A stretch of 64,000 nucleotides of DNA from a virus (lineage: Duplodnaviria > Caudoviricetes): IMG/VR virus record IMGVR_UViG_3300037400_003286; one strand, given 5' to 3'. Position numbers and translations under genes: made by a program. Of this stretch, positions 19,900-31,228 are shown in pieces. The notes under the pieces are model-generated. The model did not search any database and was not told where the DNA came from. It was given only the letters and a program-made list of their open reading frames with translations. Within the stretch, counting starts at the first letter, position 1. Every line of letters begins with the position of its first letter.

Positions 19900-20852
19900 T
19901 GAAGAAAAGTTTAACAAACAAGATATTCATCTATGCCTTCCTTTTCTTGTATGCTCTTGTCGCATTCATATCGTTCTGTCATGCGATAGAATTCTTCGAT
20001 ATAGGTAACACACATTGGATGTCTGTAATGCTTGCATTCGCATTTGAGCTTGGTCTTGCTGTGTGCCTTGCATCTATTCTGATAGGAACAAACAAAAGGA
20101 ACAACATAGCATGGGTTCTACTCACTATACTTGTACTTGTGCAGGTGATAGGTAATACATATTCTGTATTCAAATACATATCTGAATCTGGATATGACTA
20201 TTACAATTATCTTGCAAAGCCTATGCTGTTCATGATAGAGGAAGTCAGCCAGGAAACTGTACAGATTATCATATCATGGATTATGGGTGCTATTCTTCCT
20301 ATCGTTGCACTTCTTATGACTGAAATGGTAGCTAACGGTATAAAAGAAGAACAGATGATAGAAGACAAGCCAGAAGAAAAAACAGAAGAGATCGTTCATC
20401 AAGAGGAAAATCATTCTAAGATAGTTCCTCCAGTTATTCCTCAACCAGAACCTCTTGAAACAAAGTATGAAGATGAAAAAGCGGAATCAAATGAAGATGA
20501 GAATAACGAATCTGATGAACAAGAAGTAATTTTAAATGATGTTGATGACGATCCAGAGGAACAGATAAGTATAGATGAGAAGCCTGAAGAACCTGTTGAA
20601 ACACAGGAAAATGTGGAAGATGTCACTCCTTTTGAACAGAAAAGTGTGATTGAACCAGAAGAAACTACGGTTAAAGATGAGGAAACTCAAGTTTCTGTCG
20701 AGCCTGTAATTGAACAGACTCCTGTAAAAGTCAATGAAGATACATCGAATAAAGAATACGAACTATCAAACGAAAATCACAAGAAATTTGTAGCGATAGA
20801 CAAAGAACCAAAGACGATGTTTGATGAATTGCAAAAAGAAAGCCTGAATTAA
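19899..20852 (+). CDS. Four-TM membrane protein with a long acidic C-terminal tail
   Basis: Four hydrophobic segments in the first ~145 aa; E/D/P-rich tail. Confidence 0.6.
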   Translation: MKKSLTNKIFIYAFLFLYALVAFISFCHAIEFFDIGNTHWMSVMLAFAFELGLAVCLASILIGTNKRNNIAWVLLTILVLVQVIGNTYSVFKYISESGYDYYNYLAKPMLFMIEEVSQETVQIIISWIMGAILPIVALLMTEMVANGIKEEQMIEDKPEEKTEEIVHQEENHSKIVPPVIPQPEPLETKYEDEKAESNEDENNESDEQEVILNDVDDDPEEQISIDEKPEEPVETQENVEDVTPFEQKSVIEPEETTVKDEETQVSVEPVIEQTPVKVNEDTSNKEYELSNENHKKFVAIDKEPKTMFDELQKESLN

Positions 20853-21322
20853 ATATTCAGGCTTTTACTTTGTATATCGAGATTATCGCTTGCCGCTAAT
20901 CTGTATCCTCCATATTGATCAAGTCCTTTCGGAATAAGAAGCTCAAGATTATCATCTGCTCTTATCGCTACAAGTTTAGCTGTCTTTAATGATTGTATAT
21001 AAAGACAGACAACTTCACCTTTCTCATTCTTCACTATACGGTTCACAACGCCAGTATAATGTTTATCACCATTATTGAATCCAACACCTCTCACAGTACA
21101 TCCAGGATGAATGTAATATTGGTGCTCTATCTTATTCGGCTTCTGCTGAAGAGTATCAGTCATAGGTAAGATTGAATAAATGTATCCTGGCTGCTTACCC
21201 TGCACATTATATGATGCTGGTGATAACGTATTGTCGTATCCACCTCCACCAACAAATCCGTACCCTCCACTTATAAGCGTACTTTCGTTTATACTTCTTC
21301 TTTTACTCTTCATATTATGCAA
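20849..21322 (-). CDS. Hypothetical late protein with an N-terminal INES motif
   Basis: KSKRRSINES leader; SH3-like beta C-terminal half. Confidence 0.5.
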   Translation of the reverse strand: MHNMKSKRRSINESTLISGGYGFVGGGGYDNTLSPASYNVQGKQPGYIYSILPMTDTLQQKPNKIEHQYYIHPGCTVRGVGFNNGDKHYTGVVNRIVKNEKGEVVCLYIQSLKTAKLVAIRADDNLELLIPKGLDQYGGYRLAASDNLDIQSKSLNI

Positions 21323-22754
21323 ATGCTAAATATTTAACTTGAACTGGGAATGGATTTGGATTATAAACAATTACACTTGGGATAAGGTTCTTTACCTCTG
21401 GATAGTTAGGATCATCAGGAATTGTAGTTCTAGCATAGAACTGTCCTACAGTCATCCAGTTGTTAGTTTTTGAAAGATAAGCGCAATATCCTTCAACACC
21501 CATCTGGTCTCTGTGTTCAAGATTTCTCTCGATCGATCTACCACTGTCTGTATATGATATGCTTGAATTTTCCCATTCATCAAGCATTTCTGGTACAACC
21601 TGAGGTATCTCATCGGAATCAATCCAGTCATCATATACTGAATTATGGCTGTAGAATCCCATCCACTTGTTGTAAAGATCCCTATCATATTCGCACTGGA
21701 AAAGATCATTCACGTCAACAATCTTTCTAACAGCAACGAATGTACCATCCAACAGGCATTCAGGAATAGCATAGAATTCCTGTACACGATCAGCAATATG
21801 AGCAACCTTTACGGCCTTCTGTATAGGTTCGATTGCTTCAGTGTTGTACTGAGGATAAACAATGTTCAGTACAATACCTAGCATAGCACCGTTCTTATAT
21901 CTCTTTGAAGGAACATATCTTCTGAAATCCTCGAAAAGATAAATCTTCCTTACATCATTTTCCTCAAGTATTTCGTTAAAGTCCGTATCAAGACAATTAA
22001 GAAGATTGTAAAGTCTTGTATAATCTTCTTTCTTGAGTATTGATGAATATGCATTTATAGCACCAGGTGAATAATTATCAATATTGTTACCCTTAACATA
22101 TCCATCATCCCATCCATAATCATATGAGTGACCATGTTCAATCATCCACTGGTTAATGTAATAGAATATGTCAGTACCGTCTTCTGAATTCCAGAACATT
22201 ACATGGCTTACCCAGAATTCGTAATCAAGCTTAGTTGCAGTGAATACTACATATCCGTCATCAAAAGTAACAGTGATTGGAATTTCCTTTTTCTCGAAAT
22301 AATTATTCATAGCATCTATGAATGTTATTTCCTCATCTATATTTCCAGTACACTTGATAATCTCTATCACTTTGTTACCAGTCTTAAGGTTAAGATACTT
22401 GATAACAAAGAATATCATTCCTTTGTACATCCAGTCTTCATCTTCTGTGATAGGACCGATTATTCTTCCGTAAGACTTCGAGCAATATGAATCACCGAAC
22501 AACCAACCTCTGATATAACAGAACTCATTTGGCTGGAGTATTCTTGAGTTTGATGTGTACTGTGAAAGTCCGACATGTATATCTGACAGATCGATCGAAG
22601 AAAGAACACCGTTGTTGTCTGTTATCTCTCCGCTTGATTCGTTAATGTCGAATGATAGTTCATCGGCAGAATCACCATTGCTACACAGTATATCGGCATA
22701 AATGTATGATTTTGTCGGATTGTTATAATATTTTGAAAAAAGATCCGTTGCCAT
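21315..22754 (-). CDS. Hypothetical late (structural?) protein
   Basis: 479 aa ORF; canonical TATAAATA at 22765-22772 (minus strand). Confidence 0.55.
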   Translation of the reverse strand: MATDLFSKYYNNPTKSYIYADILCSNGDSADELSFDINESSGEITDNNGVLSSIDLSDIHVGLSQYTSNSRILQPNEFCYIRGWLFGDSYCSKSYGRIIGPITEDEDWMYKGMIFFVIKYLNLKTGNKVIEIIKCTGNIDEEITFIDAMNNYFEKKEIPITVTFDDGYVVFTATKLDYEFWVSHVMFWNSEDGTDIFYYINQWMIEHGHSYDYGWDDGYVKGNNIDNYSPGAINAYSSILKKEDYTRLYNLLNCLDTDFNEILEENDVRKIYLFEDFRRYVPSKRYKNGAMLGIVLNIVYPQYNTEAIEPIQKAVKVAHIADRVQEFYAIPECLLDGTFVAVRKIVDVNDLFQCEYDRDLYNKWMGFYSHNSVYDDWIDSDEIPQVVPEMLDEWENSSISYTDSGRSIERNLEHRDQMGVEGYCAYLSKTNNWMTVGQFYARTTIPDDPNYPEVKNLIPSVIVYNPNPFPVQVKYLAFA

Positions 22755-22778
22755 TCTCTTTTTGTATTTATATTTCTT

Positions 22779-23327
22779 TTAATTTATATCAAACCTGTTA
22801 TATCTCAGGTTTATACTGAATGTGTTGTATGAAGCAACCGTTGCAGCATAACTAAGATTAAGCTCACTTGTATTTGTAGGTGTTATCTCCCAGAATGTAA
22901 ACTCAAGCATTTGGAATCCAGAATCCGAAAGGAATGCAAGCTTCACTGGTTCCATCCAGCAAGGCTGCTTCTGCTTTGGATCATTCACATAATGAAGGAA
23001 TACATCCATCTGATGCCAGAAGATCCAATATGAAAGATAGCTTTCTGTGAGCTTCATTGTAAGTTTGAGGTTCTTGTCTATCAGTGGTTCAAGTTCTTTA
23101 CCACCGTAGTAAGCAACCTCATATTGTCCTCGTTGCTGTGTTGATAAATCAAGGTTCATTGCTGGGAATACAACACCCTGTACCTGATCGTTCATGAAAT
23201 CAGCAACAGATTCATACGGTAGCCTCATTCTCTGTACCATAGGTGTCCACGTCTGAACAACATCGTCATACCAGAAGTTTGACGGGAAGTAGAACGAAAA
23301 CATCTGAGGTAAATTGTTTAATACCAT
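22779..23327 (-). CDS. Tail tube-fold protein (gp3/gp19/gp54-like)
   Basis: VQGVVFPAMNL, LKLTMKLTESYLSY and FSINLRY pattern; late promoter at 23349. Confidence 0.55.
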   Translation of the reverse strand: MVLNNLPQMFSFYFPSNFWYDDVVQTWTPMVQRMRLPYESVADFMNDQVQGVVFPAMNLDLSTQQRGQYEVAYYGGKELEPLIDKNLKLTMKLTESYLSYWIFWHQMDVFLHYVNDPKQKQPCWMEPVKLAFLSDSGFQMLEFTFWEITPTNTSELNLSYAATVASYNTFSINLRYNRFDIN

Positions 23328-23418
23328 CTATTGAGACTTTCTTTTCACTATTTATCTGATCTTACTAATGTATTGAAAACATATAATTTTATAAATTTTA
23401 TAAACTATATAAATTCAT

Positions 23419-24672
23419 TTAAGGGTTAATATTTAACACCTTTGGTGATACAATGTCACCTCTATCTCGTAAGCTAACAATGCTAGCATCTGAGATTTCT
23501 TTTGCTTTTCTCATGATGCCTATAGCACCATTTATATCAGCATTAATTAATTTTCCTGTTGAACTTTTGAACATACCACGTTTTATTCTCCTACCGAGAT
23601 ATTCGTCATGATGTTCCATCGTTTCAAACATTAAATGGTCACACTTTGAAGTATAACTTTCTTCTACTATCTTAAGATTAAGATTAAGATATTTCTCAAC
23701 TTTATAATTCAATATATCAATTAACCTGTTAAACGGAATCGAAACAAAATTCTGGTTATTCCTTTTGCCTAAACTTATATCCTGTTTCCAGTTATTATTA
23801 TGCCCTATACATATAGTTTCAATTTTGTTTTCTAAGCATAACTTAATAATTCTATTTGCAACGGTATGCATGTAATGTTCTATTCTAAGGTTTCTTTTCT
23901 TAGATAGTAAAATAAGTCTTTTACTTGTTTTTCGTTTTTCACCGTTACATTTATTTAACTCAGAAAGAATTTCAGATTTTCTTTTGTTATAATACTGGTT
24001 TATACTTTTTAATGGACCACCCTTAACAACGTATGATATACTTTTGTCGTTTGCAGTTATAGCACATAAATTATTCAAACCAATATCTATACCTATAGCA
24101 GAACCTTTATCAATTTCATTGTCTATATACTTTAAATCTTCATATACTATATTGAATTTTATTTTATCATAAAATTTAGAGAAGGAAATCATATGAACAG
24201 AATCCATTTTTATATGCAAAGGTATCTGTAGTTTATACTGTGTATTAGGGATACGTATTTCATTCTCCTTACACCATTTAGTCCTAAATCTTGATGAATC
24301 TACCTGAACTATATTATATTTCTTTCTCTTATGTAAATAATTAGGTATACAAGGCTTACCTTTAAAGTTAGATGGATTTTTATAATATGATTTCAATGCT
24401 TTCATATAATCCCTCCAGTTCTGTGATACCTGCCTTATAGCATAGGTTTTTGGGCCTATGTCAAGTTTAGAATCCTTATATGCTGGAGTTAATTTTACTA
24501 AATCCCACAACTCCTTAAAAGAATATGCCTTGTATTTTTCATTGTTATTCCTACCTCTAAAATATTCCTGTCTCTGATAATATAATGCCTGATCATAGAT
24601 AGATAAACTATCCTCCATACAACTTAAAAGTTCTGGAGTATTATTTGTTACTATTTGAATTACACTTAACAT
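23419..24672 (-). mobile_element. tnpB: Solo TnpB RNA-guided nuclease (IS200/IS605-IS1341 type), no adjacent tnpA
   Basis: IGIDIGLNNL (RuvC-I), IGHNNNWKQ..NQNFVSIPF, VEESYTSKC, INADINGA (RuvC-III); more AT-rich than neighbours. Confidence 0.9.
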
Positions 24673-24859
24673 TATATTATTAGATATTATCGTTTATATA
24701 TTTATCTATATTTTATAAATAAATTTTATTATTTTTTGATTTTATAATCTAAAATATATATTTATGATTTATATAATTTATATGATATTTACTGATTTGA
24801 GTATAATCGTATTCGCAATTCTCTCAGATAAATAGTCAAAAGGAATCTGAAGCTTTACA

Positions 24860-25093
24860 ATGGCTTATTATTTAAGAAAGAAAAAGGTTGTTGATGAATG
24901 TGACGGTGGTTGTGATGTAGCTTGCGCTGCGCCTATGACTGATATTCCAGACGGAATCGGACCAGTCATTCCTGGACATTCTGGTGACAGGTTTGACAAT
25001 ATATTAGGTGCTGGATTTGTCAATACAATACCTATGATGTCAGCAACATCTAAGAAGAAATACAAGATTCGTAAAAGAAAGACGAAACAATAA
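24860..25093 (+). CDS. Small basic late protein with a VDE motif
   Basis: Late promoter at 24827; stop/start overlap with the next gene; K/R-rich termini. Confidence 0.6.
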   Translation: MAYYLRKKKVVDECDGGCDVACAAPMTDIPDGIGPVIPGHSGDRFDNILGAGFVNTIPMMSATSKKKYKIRKRKTKQ

Positions 25094-26469
25094 TGGAAGA
25101 ACAGAAAACACCTTTATACCAGAGATATAATTTCGATAACGTTTTCAACAGAAGCGTTATTGCTGGTTTATTGTACCTTCTTAATCACAACCTAACATAC
25201 GAACAGGTATGGGATGATAATACTGTTGAACAAGTTACAGTACCGTTTGCATATAATTTCGCACATGCAAGAGATCAAAGATTTGCTCAGGATAACTATA
25301 CATTCTTCGGAAGAGAATGTTTCTCCGATAAATTCATAGACGGTAAGTTCGATATGTGTCCAAGATTCGCAATGACATATACTGGTTCTCAGATTGAAGC
25401 ATCAAACATAACAAACAGATTCGTAAAGGGAACATACATGAAGGATGAGAATGGTGTACTTACATCATATACAGCTTTCATGTACTCAATTCCACTTACT
25501 TTGAATTTTGAATTTGAAGGATGGATTGATACACTAGAAACCGCATTCAAAATTGAACAGGCAATCAGAGAAGCATTCTATAAGAATCAGACATTCAATG
25601 TTTTGTATAGAGGAATGAAAATCGGATGCCGTGCTGGATTCCCAGAATCTTATTCTGTCGGAGAGAAAACCGTAAGCTATTCATTCGAATCTGAATCACA
25701 GCTTATCAAAATGAGTTTCTCTCTTGCAATTGAAGCATACCAGCCTTGCTTTGATGAATCTCAGTCTATACAAAGTGAAAAGAAGATTGAATATTTTGCT
25801 TTCGATCCTGCCGTTTATAATAATCACAACACACCGACAAACAAGCAGATAGAATTACATCTTCATCCTATTGATACATCAATATATTACGCTGCTGGTC
25901 AGACCATAGAAATATCATGGGATGCAATATCAAACTCATCTGACGTATATACAATATTGCTTTATTATATAACACCAGACGGTGACAAACATATAATAGA
26001 ATGTTCACTTCGTCAACACAACTTCTTTGACTGGACTATACCAGGAAACATTTCCAATTTCAAACAACCTAATGTTCTGTTCTATGATACCGATGAAATT
26101 CAGATCAAGAAACAACCTAATATCGTTGTCATACCAGAATCAACAGGATATGTCAACAGTGGATGTTTCGGTATATTGGATCCAGGAGAATTTTCAAATG
26201 ACGGATATGTTCAGGTATCATGTGAATATAATGATGCATCATCGAACATAAAAATACACGATTGTTACATTGCTGAAGTATCAAAAGAAGAAGGTGTAAA
26301 ACAAATTTTCTATTATAAAGATACACCTGTTTATGAAGAGTTTGTTGTAACGAATCCGAAACGCTTAAAATACAAAAAAGGTGACTTTGGAACCGAAATT
26401 ACAGTAGGAATCGCATATCCACAAAATATGGAAATTAAGGATGAAATACATAATTTGTTGATAATCTGA
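25093..26469 (+). CDS. gp15-like tail sheath stabilizer/terminator with a C-terminal extension
   Basis: VPFAY, PRFAM, PLTLNFE and KIEQAIREAF match the gp15 pattern. Confidence 0.65.
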   Translation: MEEQKTPLYQRYNFDNVFNRSVIAGLLYLLNHNLTYEQVWDDNTVEQVTVPFAYNFAHARDQRFAQDNYTFFGRECFSDKFIDGKFDMCPRFAMTYTGSQIEASNITNRFVKGTYMKDENGVLTSYTAFMYSIPLTLNFEFEGWIDTLETAFKIEQAIREAFYKNQTFNVLYRGMKIGCRAGFPESYSVGEKTVSYSFESESQLIKMSFSLAIEAYQPCFDESQSIQSEKKIEYFAFDPAVYNNHNTPTNKQIELHLHPIDTSIYYAAGQTIEISWDAISNSSDVYTILLYYITPDGDKHIIECSLRQHNFFDWTIPGNISNFKQPNVLFYDTDEIQIKKQPNIVVIPESTGYVNSGCFGILDPGEFSNDGYVQVSCEYNDASSNIKIHDCYIAEVSKEEGVKQIFYYKDTPVYEEFVVTNPKRLKYKKGDFGTEITVGIAYPQNMEIKDEIHNLLII

Positions 26470-26562
26470 TAGTTACAATTTTACATTTTTATAAAAATTT
26501 TTTGCGTTTTGAAAATAAATAGTAAAAGGATAATTTTAAACATATTTAACACATAATTTTAC

Positions 26563-29500
26563 ATGGAAAAAATGGAAAACAAAACACTCTCTATGGTCAC
26601 GATCGTACCGATTCGTGCCGCAATTGAGAAGCTTTCGCTTTCCGAGTCAAATTCCATAGCCATTCAGAATTTCTGTAAAGAATATAATGAGAAGCTTGAC
26701 AGCGGATTGCACGAGGAACAGATCTGTGAGCAATTTGTGATCGATCTTTCTAAGATTGCAGAATCCGAAACAGCAAAGGCTGTTCTGAATGACGTGAATG
26801 AGGCTGTGAAAGCTAACGAAGCTAACATTAAATTAGCAAACAATGTTTATAATCTTAGCAAAGGATCATGTATGTTCGTTGCTCCTATGATTGAATCAGC
26901 AGTTGTTGATTACATCATAGACAAGAATTCTACTACAAGAGACAATGTGAAGATTAATCTTTCGTTGTTTGAAAGTGACAGCACAGTTCAGAATATTCTT
27001 GAGACATTGCAATATGAGCAATACGAGGAGAAGAACGGAAAGACTCTCGTAAATGCAGAGTTGAAGGAAGCTTTCAAGACCCCTGAAGTAAAGACTTACA
27101 CACAGGAGGAAGTTGACAGAATCCTTAGCGACAAGGTTAATGAGATGGCAGAAGCTGAGAAGAATGTCGAGAAGAAGACAAAGAATATGATCAAGAGTCA
27201 TATCGGCCTCAGTGAAGCAATTACGGCGATTCTGAAAGAAAACAAGAATGAAAAACTTAAGGTATTCTGTGAGCAGTACATTGATGCTCTTAACTCTGGT
27301 AAGCCAGAGGAGCTTCTTTATGAGTCATTCATTTCTGGTATTTCTAATTGGAATTACCTGAGTGCTGTTGACACAGAGCTTTCAGCATTGAAGGACAGAG
27401 TTTCACAATATAAGCAGGACATTGATCTTAAGAAGATTCTTGAGACGATGGCTCAGACTGGTTCATATTATATTGTTCCATTGATCGAGGATGTTGTTGT
27501 TGATTATGTTGAGAACAAGAACATGGCTACACGCGCTATCCTGTTGCAGAGACTTGAAGCATTCGAGTATGATCCATTCGTGCGTGATATGGAGTGCTTG
27601 ATCACAAGAGACCTTTCAATCGAGAATACGGTTTATCTTGGTGAGTCTGTTGAGTATCTTAACAGCCAGGTTAAGACTGAACTTATTTTCTCTCCTGTTC
27701 AGTACATTAAGGAAAATGAGTGTGTATTCAATGTGAAGGGTGCTTACTACGCAAGAAAGGGTACTAACATTGCAAAGCTTACAAAGAATGAGGTTGCATC
27801 ATTAAGTGAGTCGTTCAAGTCACTTTGTAATCTTGTAAATTCAGATAATGTTAAATTCTCTCAGGAACTTAACTCTATCACAGTTTACGGTGGTGCTAAT
27901 ACTTGTGTTATCACTGAGTCAGAGATCACAGTAAATGGCAAGGAAGTTACTTCAGATGAATTGAAGAAACTTATGGAAACAGCTATCGCCATGAGAAGTG
28001 ATGATGCTGAGTTCTACGCTATGTCTGTCGCATTGAACGAACATTACAATGATATTGCTTATATTGATTTTGTTAAGAGAATCGAGGCAAGAGACAACAG
28101 TGGTAAGTCTTGTGATGTATTCAAGCTGAAGGAGAGTATTTTCGTTAATACTACAAATAGCAATCTTGGAAGATCTACTTTCTATCGTAATGTTAATCCT
28201 ATTCAGTGCCGTAAGTATATCAACGAGCATATGGAAATCAATTGCGGTCCTTTGTTCGAGGATGAGCTTCCAGAGCAGGAGAAAGTAGCAAAGGCTATTG
28301 ATGATAAGAAGAAAGAATATCAGGACTATATCGATTCACTTGAGGAGAAGAAAGAAACTCTCCAGGCTATGAAGGATGAGGGTGCTGATACAGATGATAT
28401 TGATAAGGCTATCGACATGATCGATAAGGAACTTGAGGATACAAAATCTGATTTCCTGAAATATCAGAAGGATGCTGACAAGTATCTGAATGGTGATGAG
28501 GATGATGCTGATGATTCTTTGAAGAATGAAGTTCCCGATACAGAGGATGATGATAAGGAAGGATCAGACGATGCTGAAAATAAGGATGGAGAAAACGGTG
28601 AGGACAACGATGATAGCAAAGTCGGTGACGAGCTTGATCCAGACAAGGAGTCGGCAGAGGACATGGAAAAGCCTATCGAGGGTGAACCAGGTGAAGATGC
28701 AGCAGAGACAGAATTCCCAACAGATGATGAGTTTGCTGATGTTGCTGAATATGATCCAGATTTCGATGTTCCTACTGAGGTTGTAAAGACAGAGACAGAA
28801 CAAGACCAGTCAACTGATATTGGCTACGGCAAGTTCCAGATCGTAAAGGTTTCTTACAACAGAAATGTAAAGACTGGTGCTGAGAACGGTCACGGTGAAG
28901 TTATCCTTGTGATTCCTTCAGTTGATGCTAATGGTGATGTACATGATGATATGAGAAAGGTTACTTTCTATCTTGATCAGGACAAGACACCTACCATCAA
29001 TAACGAGTACATGCCTCTTGATATGTACACACAGATTGTTGACGCAATCGTAAACGATCCTCAGACAGAATCAGTTTCGGTTGGTGATGTTAAATCCCCA
29101 GAAACAGATGAAACACTTCCTGCTGAATCAGTAGAGGAGCCAAAGGATGTAGAGAACATCAACGTTGAAGACGCTGTTGCTACTACAGAGCCAGAGGAAA
29201 AGTCTGAAGATGAAATAAAAATAGAAGATACAAAACCAGCAGAGATTCAGGAAACTCCAGCAGAAGTTCAGAAAGCTGATGCAGAAGAGGCTTCATATCC
29301 TATCACTGTAGGTTTGTATCCAGAAGAGATCGCTCCTATCGAGGTATCAGATTTCGAGAAGGATCTTGATGATAAGATGAAGATCGAGCATACTGAGAGT
29401 GAGGCAAATGACGGAGAAATCTGTTTGAAGATCGCTAATAAGGCTCAGGCACATGCTTTGAAGAAGTATTTCCATGAGTGGAAGGCTTACGATGACGATC

Positions 29501-31209
29501 AGTTCTGTTCATTCTTCCCAGAGTTACAGAAGTGCTTCGATAACAAGCCAGCAAATATCGATGTAATGCCAGCAAATGAAAGTGTTAAGATTACTGGAGT
29601 AAAAGCTATCAGCGAAAGCAAGAAAGAGCCTTTTCGTGTAATGCTTCCATGTAACGAGTCGCTTTGTGAATTGTTCGGTATTGAGAAGAAAGGAAACATG
29701 ATACAGTTCCAGGTTGTTCCTGAGAACAAGGATGAAGAGTATAAGATTTATGAGTCTCTTTACAACTATGCAAGAAAGAACAACGGTAACGTTGAACAGG
29801 ATGTTGTAGACTTCCTTGAGAAGTATGGTGACGAATATGGACACCTTTGTGAGAGCAACTACAGCTACAAGCTTAATGTTCCATATAACAACTTCCTTGC
29901 ACAGAAACTTACAGCCAACGGATTCGAGGTTAAGTCTGTTAACGAAAGCATGTCAACAGAAATCTTGAAGGAAGACTATAAGAAAGCAAAGAAGATTCTC
30001 GAATCATTCTATGGTGATGCTGCACCTGTTGAGGCAAGGGATTTTTTTCAATTCCTCAGTGAGAACGTCAGGATCACTGTAAAGGACGAAACGACTGGTA
30101 AGACCGTCGAGATTAATACTGACGACTTCAATGGTAAGAATGAAGGAACAGCAGATAACGGTGTAGCAGCCGATTTCGATGATTCATTCAAGAACGTTAC
30201 ATTTAACCCGCAAGACAGCCTTGCATTCAAGGATGATGAAGAATCAGCCGATGATGAGGATGAAGACAAGGATAAGAAGGATAAGAATGACAAAAACGTA
30301 AGCGATACTAATGAAGGAACTGAAGACGAAAAGTCTGAGAAAACTGAGGATGTCGAATCCAATAAAGAAAATTCCGAGGAAGAACATAACGAGGAAGAGT
30401 CTAAAGAGGATAATGGATCAGAGGATAAAAAGTCAGAAGACGAGAAGCCAAAGAAGAAGTTTAAATTCAAGGTTAAGAAGTCAAAGGCTGACGAATCGCT
30501 GAAACAGGATGAAAAAAATCATCTTAACGAATCAGATTTGAACATTGCGGAACCAAACGTTCTTGACTATGTTAAATGTAAAGACGGAAACAAAGGTCAG
30601 ATTATCTGCAAACAAGCTGATGGTGACTTTATTGTGAACGTCAATGGTCATACTAAGATATATCCAAAGTCTGATGTAGAATTGGTACATGCAAGATTCG
30701 ATCTTGTTGATACTCCATTCAAGTATGACGATGCTACTCTTAGGGGTGTTTACGAAAGCTATGTAAACTGCGGACTTTTTGTTAATAACACTCAGGTTAC
30801 TCCTAATGATTGCAAAGTTCAGCTTCTAGAATTCATGACAGCAAACGACGATGCAGAAATTAACCTAATTATCGAAGGAGAAAAGACAAAAGCACAGAAG
30901 AAGTATATTAGAATCACAGAAAGCCTTGATGAGCTGATCGATCTTGCAAATTATTCAAAGGGTACTATGACTTACATCGTTGAAGGTGTTGAGCAGAAGA
31001 CCGATGTGTTGATTAATACAAGAGATTATCAGACATACATGGTTATGAATGAGTCTACTATCCCTGTCAGAACTCTTATTTTCGATGAGAACGGTGAAAC
31101 TCATATGAGTAATATTCCTGGTGGAAATCTTATGATTTGTGAATCTGAGGATTACTTCAAGCCAGAAAGTGAAAGATTAATGGAGAGTGCTATTGCAGCA
31201 CTTTCCTAA
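26563..31209 (+). CDS. Large acidic prohead core/scaffold-like protein
   Basis: 1548 aa; more than 25 (I/L/V/M)-x-E motifs; internal duplication; acidic linkers; late promoter at 26514. Confidence 0.55.
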   Translation: MEKMENKTLSMVTIVPIRAAIEKLSLSESNSIAIQNFCKEYNEKLDSGLHEEQICEQFVIDLSKIAESETAKAVLNDVNEAVKANEANIKLANNVYNLSKGSCMFVAPMIESAVVDYIIDKNSTTRDNVKINLSLFESDSTVQNILETLQYEQYEEKNGKTLVNAELKEAFKTPEVKTYTQEEVDRILSDKVNEMAEAEKNVEKKTKNMIKSHIGLSEAITAILKENKNEKLKVFCEQYIDALNSGKPEELLYESFISGISNWNYLSAVDTELSALKDRVSQYKQDIDLKKILETMAQTGSYYIVPLIEDVVVDYVENKNMATRAILLQRLEAFEYDPFVRDMECLITRDLSIENTVYLGESVEYLNSQVKTELIFSPVQYIKENECVFNVKGAYYARKGTNIAKLTKNEVASLSESFKSLCNLVNSDNVKFSQELNSITVYGGANTCVITESEITVNGKEVTSDELKKLMETAIAMRSDDAEFYAMSVALNEHYNDIAYIDFVKRIEARDNSGKSCDVFKLKESIFVNTTNSNLGRSTFYRNVNPIQCRKYINEHMEINCGPLFEDELPEQEKVAKAIDDKKKEYQDYIDSLEEKKETLQAMKDEGADTDDIDKAIDMIDKELEDTKSDFLKYQKDADKYLNGDEDDADDSLKNEVPDTEDDDKEGSDDAENKDGENGEDNDDSKVGDELDPDKESAEDMEKPIEGEPGEDAAETEFPTDDEFADVAEYDPDFDVPTEVVKTETEQDQSTDIGYGKFQIVKVSYNRNVKTGAENGHGEVILVIPSVDANGDVHDDMRKVTFYLDQDKTPTINNEYMPLDMYTQIVDAIVNDPQTESVSVGDVKSPETDETLPAESVEEPKDVENINVEDAVATTEPEEKSEDEIKIEDTKPAEIQETPAEVQKADAEEASYPITVGLYPEEIAPIEVSDFEKDLDDKMKIEHTESEANDGEICLKIANKAQAHALKKYFHEWKAYDDDQFCSFFPELQKCFDNKPANIDVMPANESVKITGVKAISESKKEPFRVMLPCNESLCELFGIEKKGNMIQFQVVPENKDEEYKIYESLYNYARKNNGNVEQDVVDFLEKYGDEYGHLCESNYSYKLNVPYNNFLAQKLTANGFEVKSVNESMSTEILKEDYKKAKKILESFYGDAAPVEARDFFQFLSENVRITVKDETTGKTVEINTDDFNGKNEGTADNGVAADFDDSFKNVTFNPQDSLAFKDDEESADDEDEDKDKKDKNDKNVSDTNEGTEDEKSEKTEDVESNKENSEEEHNEEESKEDNGSEDKKSEDEKPKKKFKFKVKKSKADESLKQDEKNHLNESDLNIAEPNVLDYVKCKDGNKGQIICKQADGDFIVNVNGHTKIYPKSDVELVHARFDLVDTPFKYDDATLRGVYESYVNCGLFVNNTQVTPNDCKVQLLEFMTANDDAEINLIIEGEKTKAQKKYIRITESLDELIDLANYSKGTMTYIVEGVEQKTDVLINTRDYQTYMVMNESTIPVRTLIFDENGETHMSNIPGGNLMICESEDYFKPESERLMESAIAALS

Positions 31210-31228
31210 AAACAAACTGGATTGAAAA

